Positions 45,669-56,424 of a DNA stretch of 64,000 nucleotides are shown here, piece by piece. This DNA comes from Rebecca billardiae RCC1528 (lineage: Eukaryota > Protista > Haptophyta). The first letter of the stretch is position 1. Each line of letters starts with the position of its first letter. The position numbers and the translations under genes were made by a program. The notes below the pieces were generated by a model. The model made no database searches. It was not told where the DNA came from and saw nothing but the letters and a program-made list of their open reading frames with translations. The stretch covers positions 2,666,001 to 2,730,000 of the forward strand of contig OZ251226.1 of assembly GCA_965240325.2 (NCBI GenBank). Direction: 5' to 3'.

Positions 45669-46301
45669 ATGTCGGCGCTCGTGAGCGCGCTCCTCATTAA
45701 CGCGCCCGCACTTCTCCGCGCGCCTAGCAGCGCCCGGTCTCTGGACTCGCGTCATATGCCACGACCTCGATTCAATGTGGGAGACTCCGCCGCCATGGAA
45801 TGCCTCCAGCACCTCAACCGCCGCAACGTCGCTGCTGGCTCGCTGGCTCTGCTTCTGAGCACGCTCGAGCCACAGAGCGCGCATGCCTACCGCACCGTGC
45901 AGCAGGCCATGGAGGACACGCAGCAGGTGTCAAAGCAATCAGAGCTGTACGCTCGGTTCGCTGTCGTCCGGGAGCGGATGGGCCAGACAGACGAATTTGG
46001 CAAGCTTGCCGACGAGGAGAAGTGGGACAACCTGCAAGCACTGGCGCGAAACTACAACCGCGTGGTGCAGCAGGACGAGATGCTACGCATCGTCGACATG
46101 CTGTCGGGCTCTACCAAGGACGACGCCAAGAAATATTCTGAGCTCGTGAAGAACGACCTCAAGGCGGTTGACAGTGCCGCACGCAAGAAGGACGCGGGGA
46201 AGGTGAAGGAGGCCACGGGCAAGCTCGAAGAGAACATGAAAGCCTTCTTGGTGCTGCAGCCGAGCGACCTTCGGGAGCAGTTCGGCGTGCCGGACTTGTA
46301 G
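45669..46301 (+). CDS. Plastid thylakoid-lumen protein, PsbQ-like four-helix bundle
   Basis: Targeting region followed by a twin-Arg lumenal signal (LNRRNVAAGSLALLL...AHA) and an all-helical Lys/Asp-rich mature part (…DLKAVDSAARKKD…). Confidence 0.65.
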   Translation: MSALVSALLINAPALLRAPSSARSLDSRHMPRPRFNVGDSAAMECLQHLNRRNVAAGSLALLLSTLEPQSAHAYRTVQQAMEDTQQVSKQSELYARFAVVRERMGQTDEFGKLADEEKWDNLQALARNYNRVVQQDEMLRIVDMLSGSTKDDAKKYSELVKNDLKAVDSAARKKDAGKVKEATGKLEENMKAFLVLQPSDLREQFGVPDL

Positions 46302-47175
46302 GTACGAGCCCGTAGCTTTAGTGTGCCAGCAGACGTGGCCATGCGCGCCTGAGGCGTCTCGCCGTTGCCACGGCCGCATGCTGGCCGAAACAGCTGTGAG
46401 CGCATTGCGGTCGGACTTCCGCGCCGTTGCGACGCCGTCGGTTGACGCTGCGTCAGGCGGTCAGTCGCGTGCGCGCACGGAAGCCTTTGACAGCATCATT
46501 CTCGGTCTCTGCTGGAACTCCGACGCACCCGCGAGTCTTATTAGCTGCGCGACGCTTTGTGCGCTGCTCGCAGCCTGGTCATCCTAATAGAACTACACTG
46601 CTAAAGTATTATTCAGAATTGATGATTTAATTAACAATAAGTACTACACTGCTTTTGTGTAACTCAGTTCTAATCAGCGGCGCGCCAATAGTTGACGGAC
46701 CGTGTCCGTGTCGGCCACTCTACTACGGTCTCTGTGACTGTCTGTCGCCGGGAGACGGGGAGTAGCCGTGAGGCTGTGCAGTTGACTGGCAGTGTGCAGC
46801 GGCGCTCGGCCCGTCGGCCTCGGGGCCACCGCGCTCCGCGACAGTGTCGGAGTATCACTCCGAAGTGACTCGGACATTATACTCCGGAGGTCAGTCGTAG
46901 TAACTGATGCAGATGCTGACGACGGCCGCTGCAAACGGCGCGGCTCAGAATTCCGATTAGGCTGATGAGACCGCTGAGACGGCTGAGAGTCAGAGTGAGA
47001 GTGAGACCGCCGCCAGAGACCGCGATTCTATAGCCGGTCTAGCCCGGGTAGCGGGAGTCGCCACGGGCGGCATACGTAGCAGCGGGATCATGTCACGCGG
47101 CCCGCGTGGCGACAACCAGCCGCTCCGTATCACGTTGACAGGCAGCCGCCGAGTCCTCCCCAGACCGCGAGGTCA

Positions 47176-48420
47176 TCATCTGTCGTGGCTGACAGAAGGC
47201 TGTCCCGAGCCTGGGTCGTCTGCGTTACCATCAGCCTCGAGTCCCTCCGATGACGTTGAGCTCGACGTGGCGTCGCCATTCGCCTGCTTCCGGCTGCGGA
47301 TCGCGGCAAGTGCTTGGCGACACACACGGAGAAGCTCGTCCACGTTTGCACCGTCCTCCGCGCTCACCTCCACGACAGGCGCGATGCGCTCGGCAAAGGC
47401 TGGCACGCGCTTTGCGGCCCACGCCAGGCCCTGGAACTCGTGCAGCTGTGCAGACAGCTCGGCCGCAAGCCGCTCAGCTCCTGCTTGTGCGCCGGGCAGG
47501 TCCATCTTGTTGGCGACGACAATTCCCGGCCTCGCCGATAGGCCCTCCTGGTACGCCTCGAGCTCGTCGCGCAGGTGCGCGAGCGTGTCGAAGGGCCGCT
47601 CGCTCGCCGCGTCGATCACATAGCAGAGCAGTTGCGTGCGCTCGACGTGGCGCAGGAAGGTGTGCCCGAGCCCGCGGTTGGCGTGCGCGCCGTCGATGAT
47701 GCCCGGCACGTCTGCGAGCGAGAACTCGTGCTCGGCCGCTTCGGGCCCGAGGCCACGCGAAACGATGCCGACGTGCGGGTGCAGCGTCGTGAACGGGTAG
47801 GACGCGACCTCGGGGGTGGCGCGCGACACTGCGCGCAGCAGCGATGACTTGCCGGCATTCGGAAAGCCAACAAGCGCGGCGTCGGCAATCAGCTTCAGCT
47901 CGAGCTCGAGCATCAAGGACTCTCCGGGCTGGCCCGGGTGGCGGATGCGCGGTGCCACGTATCGACTCGAGCGGAACGCGCGGTTGCCCTTGCCGCCGCG
48001 CCCACCCTCGGCGACGATCAGCTCGTCACCATCGCGCAGCACCTCGCCCAAGTGCACACGGGCTGCGCTCGCTGTTGGCTGCATCATGGTTTGCTTCAGC
48101 CGGTGAACCTGTCCGAGCCTGCGCACGACCGTGCCCGGCGGCACTGCGATCACGTGGTCCTTACCCACCGCGCCGTCCATCGCCTTGGAGCGCCCATGCG
48201 CGCCATCTTCGGCCGCGTGCACCGTCTGGCCGAAGCGCAGGTCGCCCTTGCTGGCAACGGCGCGCACGATCACGTTGCCGCCACTGCCACCGTGCCCGCC
48301 GTCCGGGCCGCCAAAGGGGCGGCCTTTCTCGCGCAGGAAGCTGATTATGCCCATGCCGCCCGAGCCGCCCTTGGCCAGCACGCGCACCTTGTCGATAAAC
48401 TGCCTCGGGGCGCCACGCAT
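47176..48420 (-). CDS. Obg family GTPase (MTG2/ObgE-like)
   Basis: FIDKVRV.AKGGSGG, GGPDGGHGGSGG, LELKLIADAALVGFPNAGKSS, YPFTTLHP, DVPG, NKMD, SA. An alternative upstream ATG lies at 48501. Confidence 0.9.
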   Translation of the reverse strand: MRGAPRQFIDKVRVLAKGGSGGMGIISFLREKGRPFGGPDGGHGGSGGNVIVRAVASKGDLRFGQTVHAAEDGAHGRSKAMDGAVGKDHVIAVPPGTVVRRLGQVHRLKQTMMQPTASAARVHLGEVLRDGDELIVAEGGRGGKGNRAFRSSRYVAPRIRHPGQPGESLMLELELKLIADAALVGFPNAGKSSLLRAVSRATPEVASYPFTTLHPHVGIVSRGLGPEAAEHEFSLADVPGIIDGAHANRGLGHTFLRHVERTQLLCYVIDAASERPFDTLAHLRDELEAYQEGLSARPGIVVANKMDLPGAQAGAERLAAELSAQLHEFQGLAWAAKRVPAFAERIAPVVEVSAEDGANVDELLRVCRQALAAIRSRKQANGDATSSSTSSEGLEADGNADDPGSGQPSVSHDR

Positions 48421-48488
48421 GTTTGATGATTGGCGGCAACGGCAGCCATGGATTTCGTCGCGGCCGAGTCCGCCACCGCCTGACGACG

Positions 48489-50624
48489 ATGGCGGCCGCA
48501 TCCCGGCGCGCACGGAGATGGATGGTGGTGGTGGTGTCCATCGCGTGCGCCATCGACGCGAAAGTGCTCGAGGGGCACGTCACAGGCAGCGCCAGGCTGC
48601 ACAGTCGCGACCATGACCTCGTCGTCCTGGGCAGCTTCGGCTATCAGCGAGGCAGCGGCAAGCTTGACGATGCTGGCTTCCTCGAGATCGAGGCCCATGG
48701 CCAAGCGGGCGTCCACGGGCAGGCCGTCGCGCTCTTCTCGTCAGAGTGGACGCACCTAGACGTGTCCCCGCCTCGAACGCTCCCGCTGTGGACGGCGGTG
48801 TACCGCAACCCGCATATGAGCTGCCAGCAGAAGCTCAACGCCTCCATCTTCCACCTGCCGGTCGACGGCGGTGCGCGACGCGAGCTGGATGTGCTGCACT
48901 TCTTCAGCGAAGTGCCGCTAGGGCCGGCGCCACGGTTCGTGCACCTCGTTGCGCTCAACTGCGCGCCCCCCGGCCAGCTCGCCATGTACTACCGCGTCAC
49001 GCTGCAGAACCCGCCCGGCTGGTGGTCGAGCCAGTTCTCGTACGAGGACCAGGGCGTGCTGCAGATCCACCTCGTGCTGCTGGCGTGGGCGGTTGGGCTG
49101 GGGGTGCTCGCGGGGCTGACGGTGCTCAGGCTGCGCGCCGCGCAGCTCAGCCATCCGCCCCTCCTGGTGCTCACCGCCGCCATCTGGGTGAGCGCCCTCT
49201 CCCGGCTGCTGCACGTCGTCTTCTTCTCCGAGTACGCGCTGCACGGTCACGGACCGGAGGGCGCGCTCGTCTGGTGCGTGGCCGCGCGCTCGGCGAGTGG
49301 GATTCCGGCGCGGTGGTCTGCCCGTCGTCTGTTCGCGCCTGCGTCTACTCGACGCCCATCTGCCCGACGCTGCACGCCGCCTGCGCTCCACGCGCGCCCC
49401 CCTGCTGCGACGCGGCTGCATTCCACACGGCGCATCCCTCGCTGCCGTGCCGGGCGCTCTGCGCTGTGCGCGCAGTGGCGAGGCGGCGTTCACGCTCGCA
49501 GACCTGGTGGTGATGGTGCTCTTCCTGCTGCTCGCGCAGGGCTGGCGGCTCACCGAAGAGCTCGCGCCGCGCAAGGACCAGCTGCTCACCGCTGTCGCCG
49601 TCGTCGTCTACGTGTGCAGCTACACAATCATCTACGCAGTGGACTACAAGACGCGCGACCCCGCGGCCGAGGTCTACGTGCTCCTCACGACCGGCGCCCT
49701 CTTCCTTGCGGCCGTGCGCGTGATGTGCGCGCGTGCGCGAGGGAGCGCGCGCGGCGCGCGCGATTGCGCGCAGCCCGCGCTGACGCGCGTCTCCACGCCT
49801 GCCCGTCGCCTGCGGCCGTGCGCGCTCCGTGCGTGCCGGACCGTCTCGCGGGCCCGACCGCGCCGCCCGCCCGCCCTCGCTCGCGCAGGCTCCTCAGCCT
49901 GTGCGGCCTCTTCTTCGTGGACACGTACCGACGAGAGCCCTCGGTCGAGCGGCTCGCCTTCTTCCGCCGCGCGCTGGTGTGCTGCGTGCTGTGGTTCGCG
50001 CAGATGCCTATCACCTCGATCCTCGCACTCAGCATCCCCAAATGGAACCGCCATCACATCGCCACGCTGATGATCGGGATGGCGCACACGACGCTGCTCG
50101 CTGCGCTGCTGCTGCTCTTCGAGCCCGAGCGCGCGAAGGACTACTTCGTGCTCACCGCAACCGAGGCCGAGCTCAGCTGGCTCACTGCCGGCGAGCCGCA
50201 AGGCGACGGCGAGCGCGGCCAGCAGGCCCTGGCGCAGTACGATTCGTATGTCGAGCTCGATGATCGCGATGGCGGTGACACCGAGCATGCGCGTGCAACC
50301 GTTGCGCGCGACGACAGCTCAGCCCGACCCGGCGCGGCGACGGGCGCGCGCAGTGCCAATCTGGATGAGACTTCTCGCAGAGCCGGCGCGCACTGGGAAG
50401 AGCGGCCCTCCGCAGCGCACGCGGGCGGAGGGCTTTCACGGAGACGAGATGGAGAAACCGCGCACGGTAGTGCTGGGAGCGGGTGCGTGGCCTCATCATC
50501 ATCACGGGTAGGCTGCACATCAGACTCGGGCTGCTCACCAGCATTGCCGTCATCAGCGACGACAAGGGCGACGACAGCAGGCTCAGCAGCAGCTGCCGCT
50601 GAGCCCGAAGGTGGCATGCTTTGA
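48489..50624 (+). CDS. GPR180/TMEM145-like (GOST family) seven-transmembrane protein
   Basis: join(48489..49273,49476..49724,49889..50624). Signal peptide ending IDA|KVLEG, lumenal domain with PRFVHLVALNC, SQFSYEDQG, LLLLAQGW-type motif (FLLLAQGW) and multiple TM helices. Confidence 0.75.
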   Translation: MAAASRRARRWMVVVVSIACAIDAKVLEGHVTGSARLHSRDHDLVVLGSFGYQRGSGKLDDAGFLEIEAHGQAGVHGQAVALFSSEWTHLDVSPPRTLPLWTAVYRNPHMSCQQKLNASIFHLPVDGGARRELDVLHFFSEVPLGPAPRFVHLVALNCAPPGQLAMYYRVTLQNPPGWWSSQFSYEDQGVLQIHLVLLAWAVGLGVLAGLTVLRLRAAQLSHPPLLVLTAAIWVSALSRLLHVVFFSEYALHGHGPEGALVWCVAARSASGIPARWSARRLFAPASTRRPSARRCTPPALHARPPAATRLHSTRRIPRCRAGRSALCAQWRGGVHARRPGGDGALPAARAGLAAHRRARAAQGPAAHRCRRRRLRVQLHNHLRSGLQDARPRGRGLRAPHDRRPLPCGRARDVRACARERARRARLRAARADARLHACPSPAAVRAPCVPDRLAGPTAPPARPRSRRLLSLCGLFFVDTYRREPSVERLAFFRRALVCCVLWFAQMPITSILALSIPKWNRHHIATLMIGMAHTTLLAALLLLFEPERAKDYFVLTATEAELSWLTAGEPQGDGERGQQALAQYDSYVELDDRDGGDTEHARATVARDDSSARPGAATGARSANLDETSRRAGAHWEERPSAAHAGGGLSRRRDGETAHGSAGSGCVASSSSRVGCTSDSGCSPALPSSATTRATTAGSAAAAAEPEGGML

Positions 50625-50977
50625 CGGGCGCCGCCTGCCCGGAGCGTGCCGCGTGCCTCCGACTTGTTACAGTGAACTGAGGCTGACAAGTGGCTGCTAA
50701 GACTGTCGTCAGCGCGGCGGCGTCACGCGCGCGAAGTTATCGGGCGGCGAAGACTCGTCGCCGCCTTCTGCCGGCGGCGCCCTTCCCGCTTCCGGCCTTT
50801 GGAACCCTTTGACCTTCGTCACGCCCACGGCCAGCACCGCGTCGGCGCGTAGCCTGCGTAGTGCGTCATCGCCTATTCGCCGCCTCGGCCCACCATCACC
50901 CATTCCCATGTCAATATCTTGCCGATGCCGTTTCGCACCGCGATCTACCGCAATGAACGTTTCGGCTCGCTCACGGA

Positions 50978-51790
50978 TCAGAGCTCCCACTCCTCGCCGT
51001 TGAACCCATCCTCGCCGAGCACGGCATCGAGCGAGGCCTTGTCAAGGTACACGCGCCGCTCCAGCCATGCAACCTCGGGCTCCGTGAGCAGTCCCCCGGT
51101 GTGCGCGATGCCGACGAGCTCATCCACACCCCTGGTCGCCGCGTCGATGTAGAGCGCCGCCTCGGCGGGCACGAACAGGCCGAGGCCCTCCTGAAGCTTG
51201 CACAGGAGCTGCACAACGTCAGCCTGTGCGCCACAACTGCGCCAGCCGCAGTGGCCCCACTGCCAGCCGATCTCGCGACGCAGGTCGTCTGAGAGCTCTG
51301 TGCACGCCATCAGCGTGCGCGATGCGCCCTCGACGTCGGCGCGAATCTGCTCGGCCATGGTCGCGATCGCGGCCCAATCACGGCGCTGAGCAAGCTCGAT
51401 GAGCTGCTCCATCTGTCGCGCTGTGTCCACCAGCGCGAGCGCAGCGGTCCGCGCCTCCGCGCGTGAGACTGAGCGCGGTGCGGCTCGGTGTGACAGATCT
51501 CGTGAACGTTGTAGATCCACAAGCTCATTCACAGATCGCAGCCGGGGCCCTGCCACTTCCTCGACGCGCACACCGAGGCCGCCCGTCGGACCCTGCAGCC
51601 ACGTGGTGATCGCGCCCGCACCCGCGCTCGCGCAGACACTCGCCGCCAGCTCGAGAGCAACGCGGCGTCCCCCACTCGATGGAGCGCTGACTACGACGCG
51701 CGAGCGCGCCGGTACTCGTGTGCTTGCTTCCACCACGAGCGCCGGCCGGCCGAGCAAAGCCGCCACGATGGCGATGGACGTCGCGAGCAT
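50978..51790 (-). CDS. Hypothetical protein, probably plastid-targeted
   Basis: Signal-like MLATSIAIVAALL followed by an Arg-rich segment; helical body with a distinctive EIGWQWGHCGWRSCGAQAD motif. Confidence 0.65.
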   Translation of the reverse strand: MLATSIAIVAALLGRPALVVEASTRVPARSRVVVSAPSSGGRRVALELAASVCASAGAGAITTWLQGPTGGLGVRVEEVAGPRLRSVNELVDLQRSRDLSHRAAPRSVSRAEARTAALALVDTARQMEQLIELAQRRDWAAIATMAEQIRADVEGASRTLMACTELSDDLRREIGWQWGHCGWRSCGAQADVVQLLCKLQEGLGLFVPAEAALYIDAATRGVDELVGIAHTGGLLTEPEVAWLERRVYLDKASLDAVLGEDGFNGEEWEL

Positions 51791-51981
51791 CCTGATGATG
51801 ATGACGATCACGCCGACGATGCTGATCAAAAATGCGGGCCGAGATTTTTTTCCCGTCCAGCTCCCGTGTTTCGAACGGCGCGCGGTTCAGCGCGGCGTCC
51901 CGCTGCAGGAACTGGCGAGCCCCAGCACGGCCGCCGCTCCGCCGCTCGAGCTGCGCCAGGGCCGGCCGGAGCGCGGTGGCC

Positions 51982-53258
51982 ATGCGCTCACGACTCAATC
52001 ACCTCGGCAAGCTCCGGCAGAAGTGGGAGGTGCGCTAGCGCGTCCTGCGGCCCGCGCGATCCCGCACCTTCGACCACCACATGGACGTGCCAGCCATTTC
52101 CTAACGCGCGCTGATGTGTGCGACATGTGCCTGCAGTTTGAGCTGGAGATCTGCGACGTGCGCAACCTGCCACATGACGTCAAACACGCGGTGGCCGTCT
52201 GGGATCGCGGCAAGAAGGCGCTGATGACCGCACCCGCGGAGGTGCGTGAGGGCTACGCGCGGTGGGACGCAAAGCTCGCTGGTGAGGTGACCCTCTTCTC
52301 GTCTCGATCATCGCACAGCATGGACTCCAAACTGTGTCGGCTCGATGTGTACGATGCCGACGCTATGCGTGGGGGTACGTTGAGCGGCAGGATCGGGCTC
52401 ATCGCGAGCTGCGAGATGGACCTCACGCAGCACGCGCTGCCACTCGATTCGCACCCAGCGCTGTCGAGCGTCAAGCAGCTCACGCTCAGGCGCGTCGGCA
52501 GCAGTCGCGGGGGTGACGAGCTGCTCATGCAGCTGCAGCTGCGGGGGCGGATGCTGAAGGGTAGCGGCGCCGTAGATGACGACGCATCCTCCGTGCACTC
52601 CAACTTCTCCGCCCACAGCACCAGTGACGCACAGCCGGCGCACGGGGTCGCGACAGGCGCGCGCCGTGGGGTGCTCAAGCACGGCAGCATCGGCTCCGGC
52701 TCGTGGGCCGAAGGCGAGGGCACGCCAACGTCCGCGACGTCGGGGATCGCCATCGATGGCAGCGCCAAGGCGCCCGCCTGGTCAGCGGTCAAGCGGCCGG
52801 GCGGAGCACCCAAGCAGCTGCACGATGCCCACGAGCGCATCGCCACGCTCGAGCAGCAACTCGCGCAGGCGCACACACACACGCAGTCGCTCGAAGCGAC
52901 GGTCGGCGTGCTTCGCCACCGGCTGCAGCTTGAGGTGCTGGAGGAGATGGATGCCGCCCTGGAGCGTGGGCGGGAGCGCAAACCGGCTGATGCTGCCGCC
53001 GTCTATGAGCAGCAGCTGCGCCGCTGCTCCGAGCGGCTCGGGCAGCTGATAGCAGGCGACGGATCCAACGAGCCGGTCGGCTCGGAGGCTGAGCGCGAAG
53101 TGGTCCACCTGCGAAGCGCGCTCGCCTCGGAGCGCGTGCAGCTCGCAGAGATCTCGCTTGAGCGCGACGAGTACCGCCATCTCGTGCGCAAGCTCGGCAT
53201 GCAGCTGCCCGAGCTTGCGATGGCGTCCGAGCGAGGCGGGGCGCACCATCATCGATGA
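51982..53258 (+). CDS. NT-C2 (EEIG1/EHBP1 N-terminal C2) domain protein with a C-terminal coiled coil
   Basis: join(51982..52029,52137..53258). MRSRLNHLGKLRQKWE|FELEI..., VWDRGKK, ARWDAKL...VTLF, DSKLCRL, CEMDLTQHA. Confidence 0.8.
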
Positions 53259-53380
53259 TTGTCGTCGTGCTGTCTGCGGCGTTGCCGGTCGGCAGTAGCT
53301 ACACAGTCGTAGTTCTCTGCCCGTGCCCCGTGGGAACTCTCAATGACCCAGGCACCCGCCGCACTGATTGTATATGTAGT

Positions 53381-55219
53381 CGTTGTCTGTCTTGCGTGTC
53401 TCGTAGTAACTAGCACGCGTCAGTATGAGAATCGTCGTAGACAGATGACTATCATCGACATCAGTAGTTAACAGTCTGAAAAACGGTATAGCTACAGGTC
53501 CTCCGTACCTTACTGTAACATAAACACGGGACTACGGTAGTCGTGTCTCAGTCTGACTGGCACCGACCAGCATCACGCGTCAGCGTGCTGCATCAAGCGC
53601 TGCTTGCGTTGGCGGCCGTCATTGTGGACTGTGACATTTCGAGTTCGAGCCGCCTGCCAAGGGCCATGAACGCCAGTTGTGATTTGGCTTATTATTATTG
53701 TGGCGGTACGGCACATCGTCTGACGATCACGACGATGAAATATCTGCGCGCATCATCATGTAGTTCGTCAAATAAATTAGTTATTGAAGCGCGCGCTAAC
53801 GGAGCAGATGGAGTGCCCTGCTCGTCGACAGCGTTGTCTCGCGTGTCTCGTACTAGTCAGTATGAGTAGACAGTGAAAATTCTGAAAAACGGTACAGGAC
53901 TACGGTAGTCGTGTCTGACTGGCACCGACCAGCATCAAGTTCAACGCGTCAGCGTGCTGTGCAGGCCTGTTTTAATTCTACGAGAGCCCAACGGCGACAT
54001 CAGCCAAAACGCGGTGAATTTATTATAATGGCGGCTTGGCAGCCGGCCGGGGCGGGTGCAGCGGTAGTGCAGAGTAGTGGCGGCCCCGCGGCACGTCGTT
54101 GGCGCATCCTCGTACTAAGACGCTGAGCTGTGGCGACAGACGTGGCCCAGACGTGCTGCTTCGACTTGCCGAGGTGCTTAGCCTTGACACAGGGGTTCCT
54201 CGCGGCGCACGCGCGCGACCAGCCACTGCATGAACCGCAGCGGCGGGCCCGCTCACTCGCTGCAAGCTGCAAGCACTCTGCGTTGGCTGCGTCTAGCCCG
54301 TGCCATGTGACGACCAAGGCCGGCTGATAGAAAGATAGTCTGCCATCGAAACCAGCTCTACACGCTCCGCCGCCACTACCTTGTCGGGCTTGAGATGCTT
54401 CCGTTGCGTGCGCTCGCATGCGGCCTGCTGCCTGCTTTTGAACGTGATCGCGGCAGGTCGGCTGGCCGGATTGTCAAGCCTCCTCGGCGTAGACTACGAC
54501 ACGATGCGTGCTACACGCACCCATGACACGCCGAAAGGCGTATGCACGCGTCATCGCGCATCTGGCAGGCTGCAGTCTTGGCCAAATGGATGAGAACAAG
54601 CCTGCATCAAGCGCTCGCCGCGCAGGCGCGAGCGCGCGGAGAGTTCTGGGGCGACCCATGGTGCCTTGTTGGGGGACGCAACTCCTCCTCAACGGCTGCG
54701 AGCAGCGACACCGGAGCTAGATCGCTGCACTCAGCACTCCTCGCTGAGTGCAGCGTGACCCTCGGAGTCGTGCGTCTCGGCTTCCCGTCGGAGCCTTTGC
54801 GTCCCCCAACGGGGCGTGACACCGATCCCACTGGCGGCGGGCACGGGTTTGTCGCCGTGACATAGTAAATGGAATCTGGTAGAAATAAAACAGGCCTGCA
54901 TCAAGCGCTGCTTGCGTTGGCGGCCGTCAATCTCGCCTGCCTGAGCTGTGTGCGTCTCTTATTCTTAGTAAACTGTAGTGGACTGTGACATTTCGAGTTC
55001 GTTCGAGCCGCCTGCCAAGTGCCATGAACGCCAGTTGAGATTTGGCTTATTAATATATTATTAATATTGATGTGCTATGGTGGTATACGGCTCATCGTCT
55101 GATGAAATGAAAATAAGTCTGCGCGCATCATGTACAGTTCGTCAAATAATAAATTAGTTATTGTCAGCAAAGCGCGCGCGCTAACGGAGCAGATGGAGTG
55201 CCCTGCTCGTCGACAGCGT
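53381..55219 (+). repeat. Diverged tandem duplication of a ~450-bp unit (copy 1 53381..53834; copy 2 53832..55219, interrupted by a TIR element)
   Basis: Shared blocks TCTGAAAAACGGTA, GGACTACGGTAGTCGTGTCT, CTGACTGGCACCGACCAGCATCA, GCATCAAGCGCTGCTTGCGTTGGCGGCCGTCA and CTAACGGAGCAGATGGAGTGCCCTGCTCGTCGACAGCGT (the last ~13 codons of the sulfotransferase). Confidence 0.85.
53960..54900. mobile_element. Non-autonomous DNA transposon (MITE-like), 941 bp, 22-bp terminal inverted repeats
   Basis: Left TGCAGGCCTGTTTTAATTCTAC (53960-81) and right GTAGAAATAAAACAGGCCTGCA (54879-900) match at 21/22. The paralogous empty site CAGCGTGCTGCATCAAGCGC is at 53581-53600. No transposase ORF inside. Confidence 0.75.
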
Positions 55220-56275
55220 GTCCAGGCACTGGTAGCCGCAGCCATTGTCGTGGTACAGGCATCCTTCCCAGCGCCCCAGCTCCTTGGTGCGCGTCCCCGC
55301 AACGGCGGAGTCCAGCGCAGCCTCGCGCGCCATGATCTTCGCCACCACCGGCGAGCACACCCTCTGCGCCTGTTCAAGTAGCCGCACGAAATGGGCGTAC
55401 GCCGAGGCGAATGCTGGCTGCAGCCTTGCGATGTGCGCATCGAGCCGGCGCTCCGCCTCGCGGAAGAGCGCGTAGTCTGCGCTGGCCAGCTGCGGGTACG
55501 TCTGCCTCGCAAACTCGACGACCTCGGGCTCCTCCTCGTCCAGGGGCGGATGGCGACTGAGGACGAAGCCCTGGAAGTCGCGCATCTGCCCGTCCGCCAC
55601 CTTGCTCGGCACGTACAGGATATCGTGCGCGCTCAGCCCCAGCAGGAGCTGCAGCACGACGAGCGACTCGTTGAAGCGGTGGGCGAGTCCGACAAAGTGG
55701 TACTGGTCGAGCGTGGCGCCGGCAGAGCCAAACACGGGCCCGCCGACGTAGTTGTACTGGAAGTCGACAAACTTGCGCAGGCGGGCAAGCTTCTGACTGG
55801 CGATAGATCTCCGCTTCCCACGGCTCACGCGCTTGTGATAGTAGTCGGAGAGCGAGCGTTCTGCCGGCTCGCGCAGCATCGTGAGGACAAAGGCGTTCGG
55901 GTACTCACGCTCAAATAGCCCGGAGGCACGCGTGACGGGCTCGTGCTTCGCATGCAGGCCACGCGACCACGGAGGTCCCTGTTCGTCCGCGCTTGCGCCG
56001 CGAGGCTCACCCTCGCCGCGATCCTCCTTCCGCCTGCTGAAGGGGAGGCAGCCTGTCATGTTGTGGTGCAAGCAGATGCGGCGCAGGATGCCGCTCATGG
56101 TGCTGCTGCCACATTTGGGGACCTTGATGAATACAACGTTGGCCGGGAGGTGAAAGACGGGTAGCGACGGCGACGGCGTGACAGTGGGTGCCAACATCAC
56201 GAGCAGGCCCGCCAGTCGGCCGTTCCTTGGCGGCTTGCAAGAGGCTGGCGGCCGCGCGGAGCTGCCGGCAGCCAT
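55181..56275 (-). CDS. Sulfotransferase (Gal-3-O-sulfotransferase/Sulfotransfer_2-like, secretory type)
   Basis: VFIKVPKCGSSTM (5'-PSB), LTMLREPAERSLSDYYH (3'-PB), FVGLAHRFNESLVVL, DYALF; N-terminal hydrophobic anchor. Confidence 0.85.
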   Translation of the reverse strand: MAAGSSARPPASCKPPRNGRLAGLLVMLAPTVTPSPSLPVFHLPANVVFIKVPKCGSSTMSGILRRICLHHNMTGCLPFSRRKEDRGEGEPRGASADEQGPPWSRGLHAKHEPVTRASGLFEREYPNAFVLTMLREPAERSLSDYYHKRVSRGKRRSIASQKLARLRKFVDFQYNYVGGPVFGSAGATLDQYHFVGLAHRFNESLVVLQLLLGLSAHDILYVPSKVADGQMRDFQGFVLSRHPPLDEEEPEVVEFARQTYPQLASADYALFREAERRLDAHIARLQPAFASAYAHFVRLLEQAQRVCSPVVAKIMAREAALDSAVAGTRTKELGRWEGCLYHDNGCGYQCLDTLSTSRALHLLR

Positions 56276-56424
56276 CCTGCCACCTGAGTACCGTCTTCCG
56301 GACCGACGATACGTTTAGGATCCGGACGAGCCGAGATCGGGATCTCTGCTCGCGTAATCATCGACTGCCATCAGCCGCGCCGCGCGCGCGGCGCACCCGG
56401 GCGAAGTGCGCGTGGTGCGTCGGC

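Noticed and set aside
53381-55219. CRISPR-like array
   Set aside because: Only two diverged long copies; no regular repeat-spacer periodicity and no cas genes.
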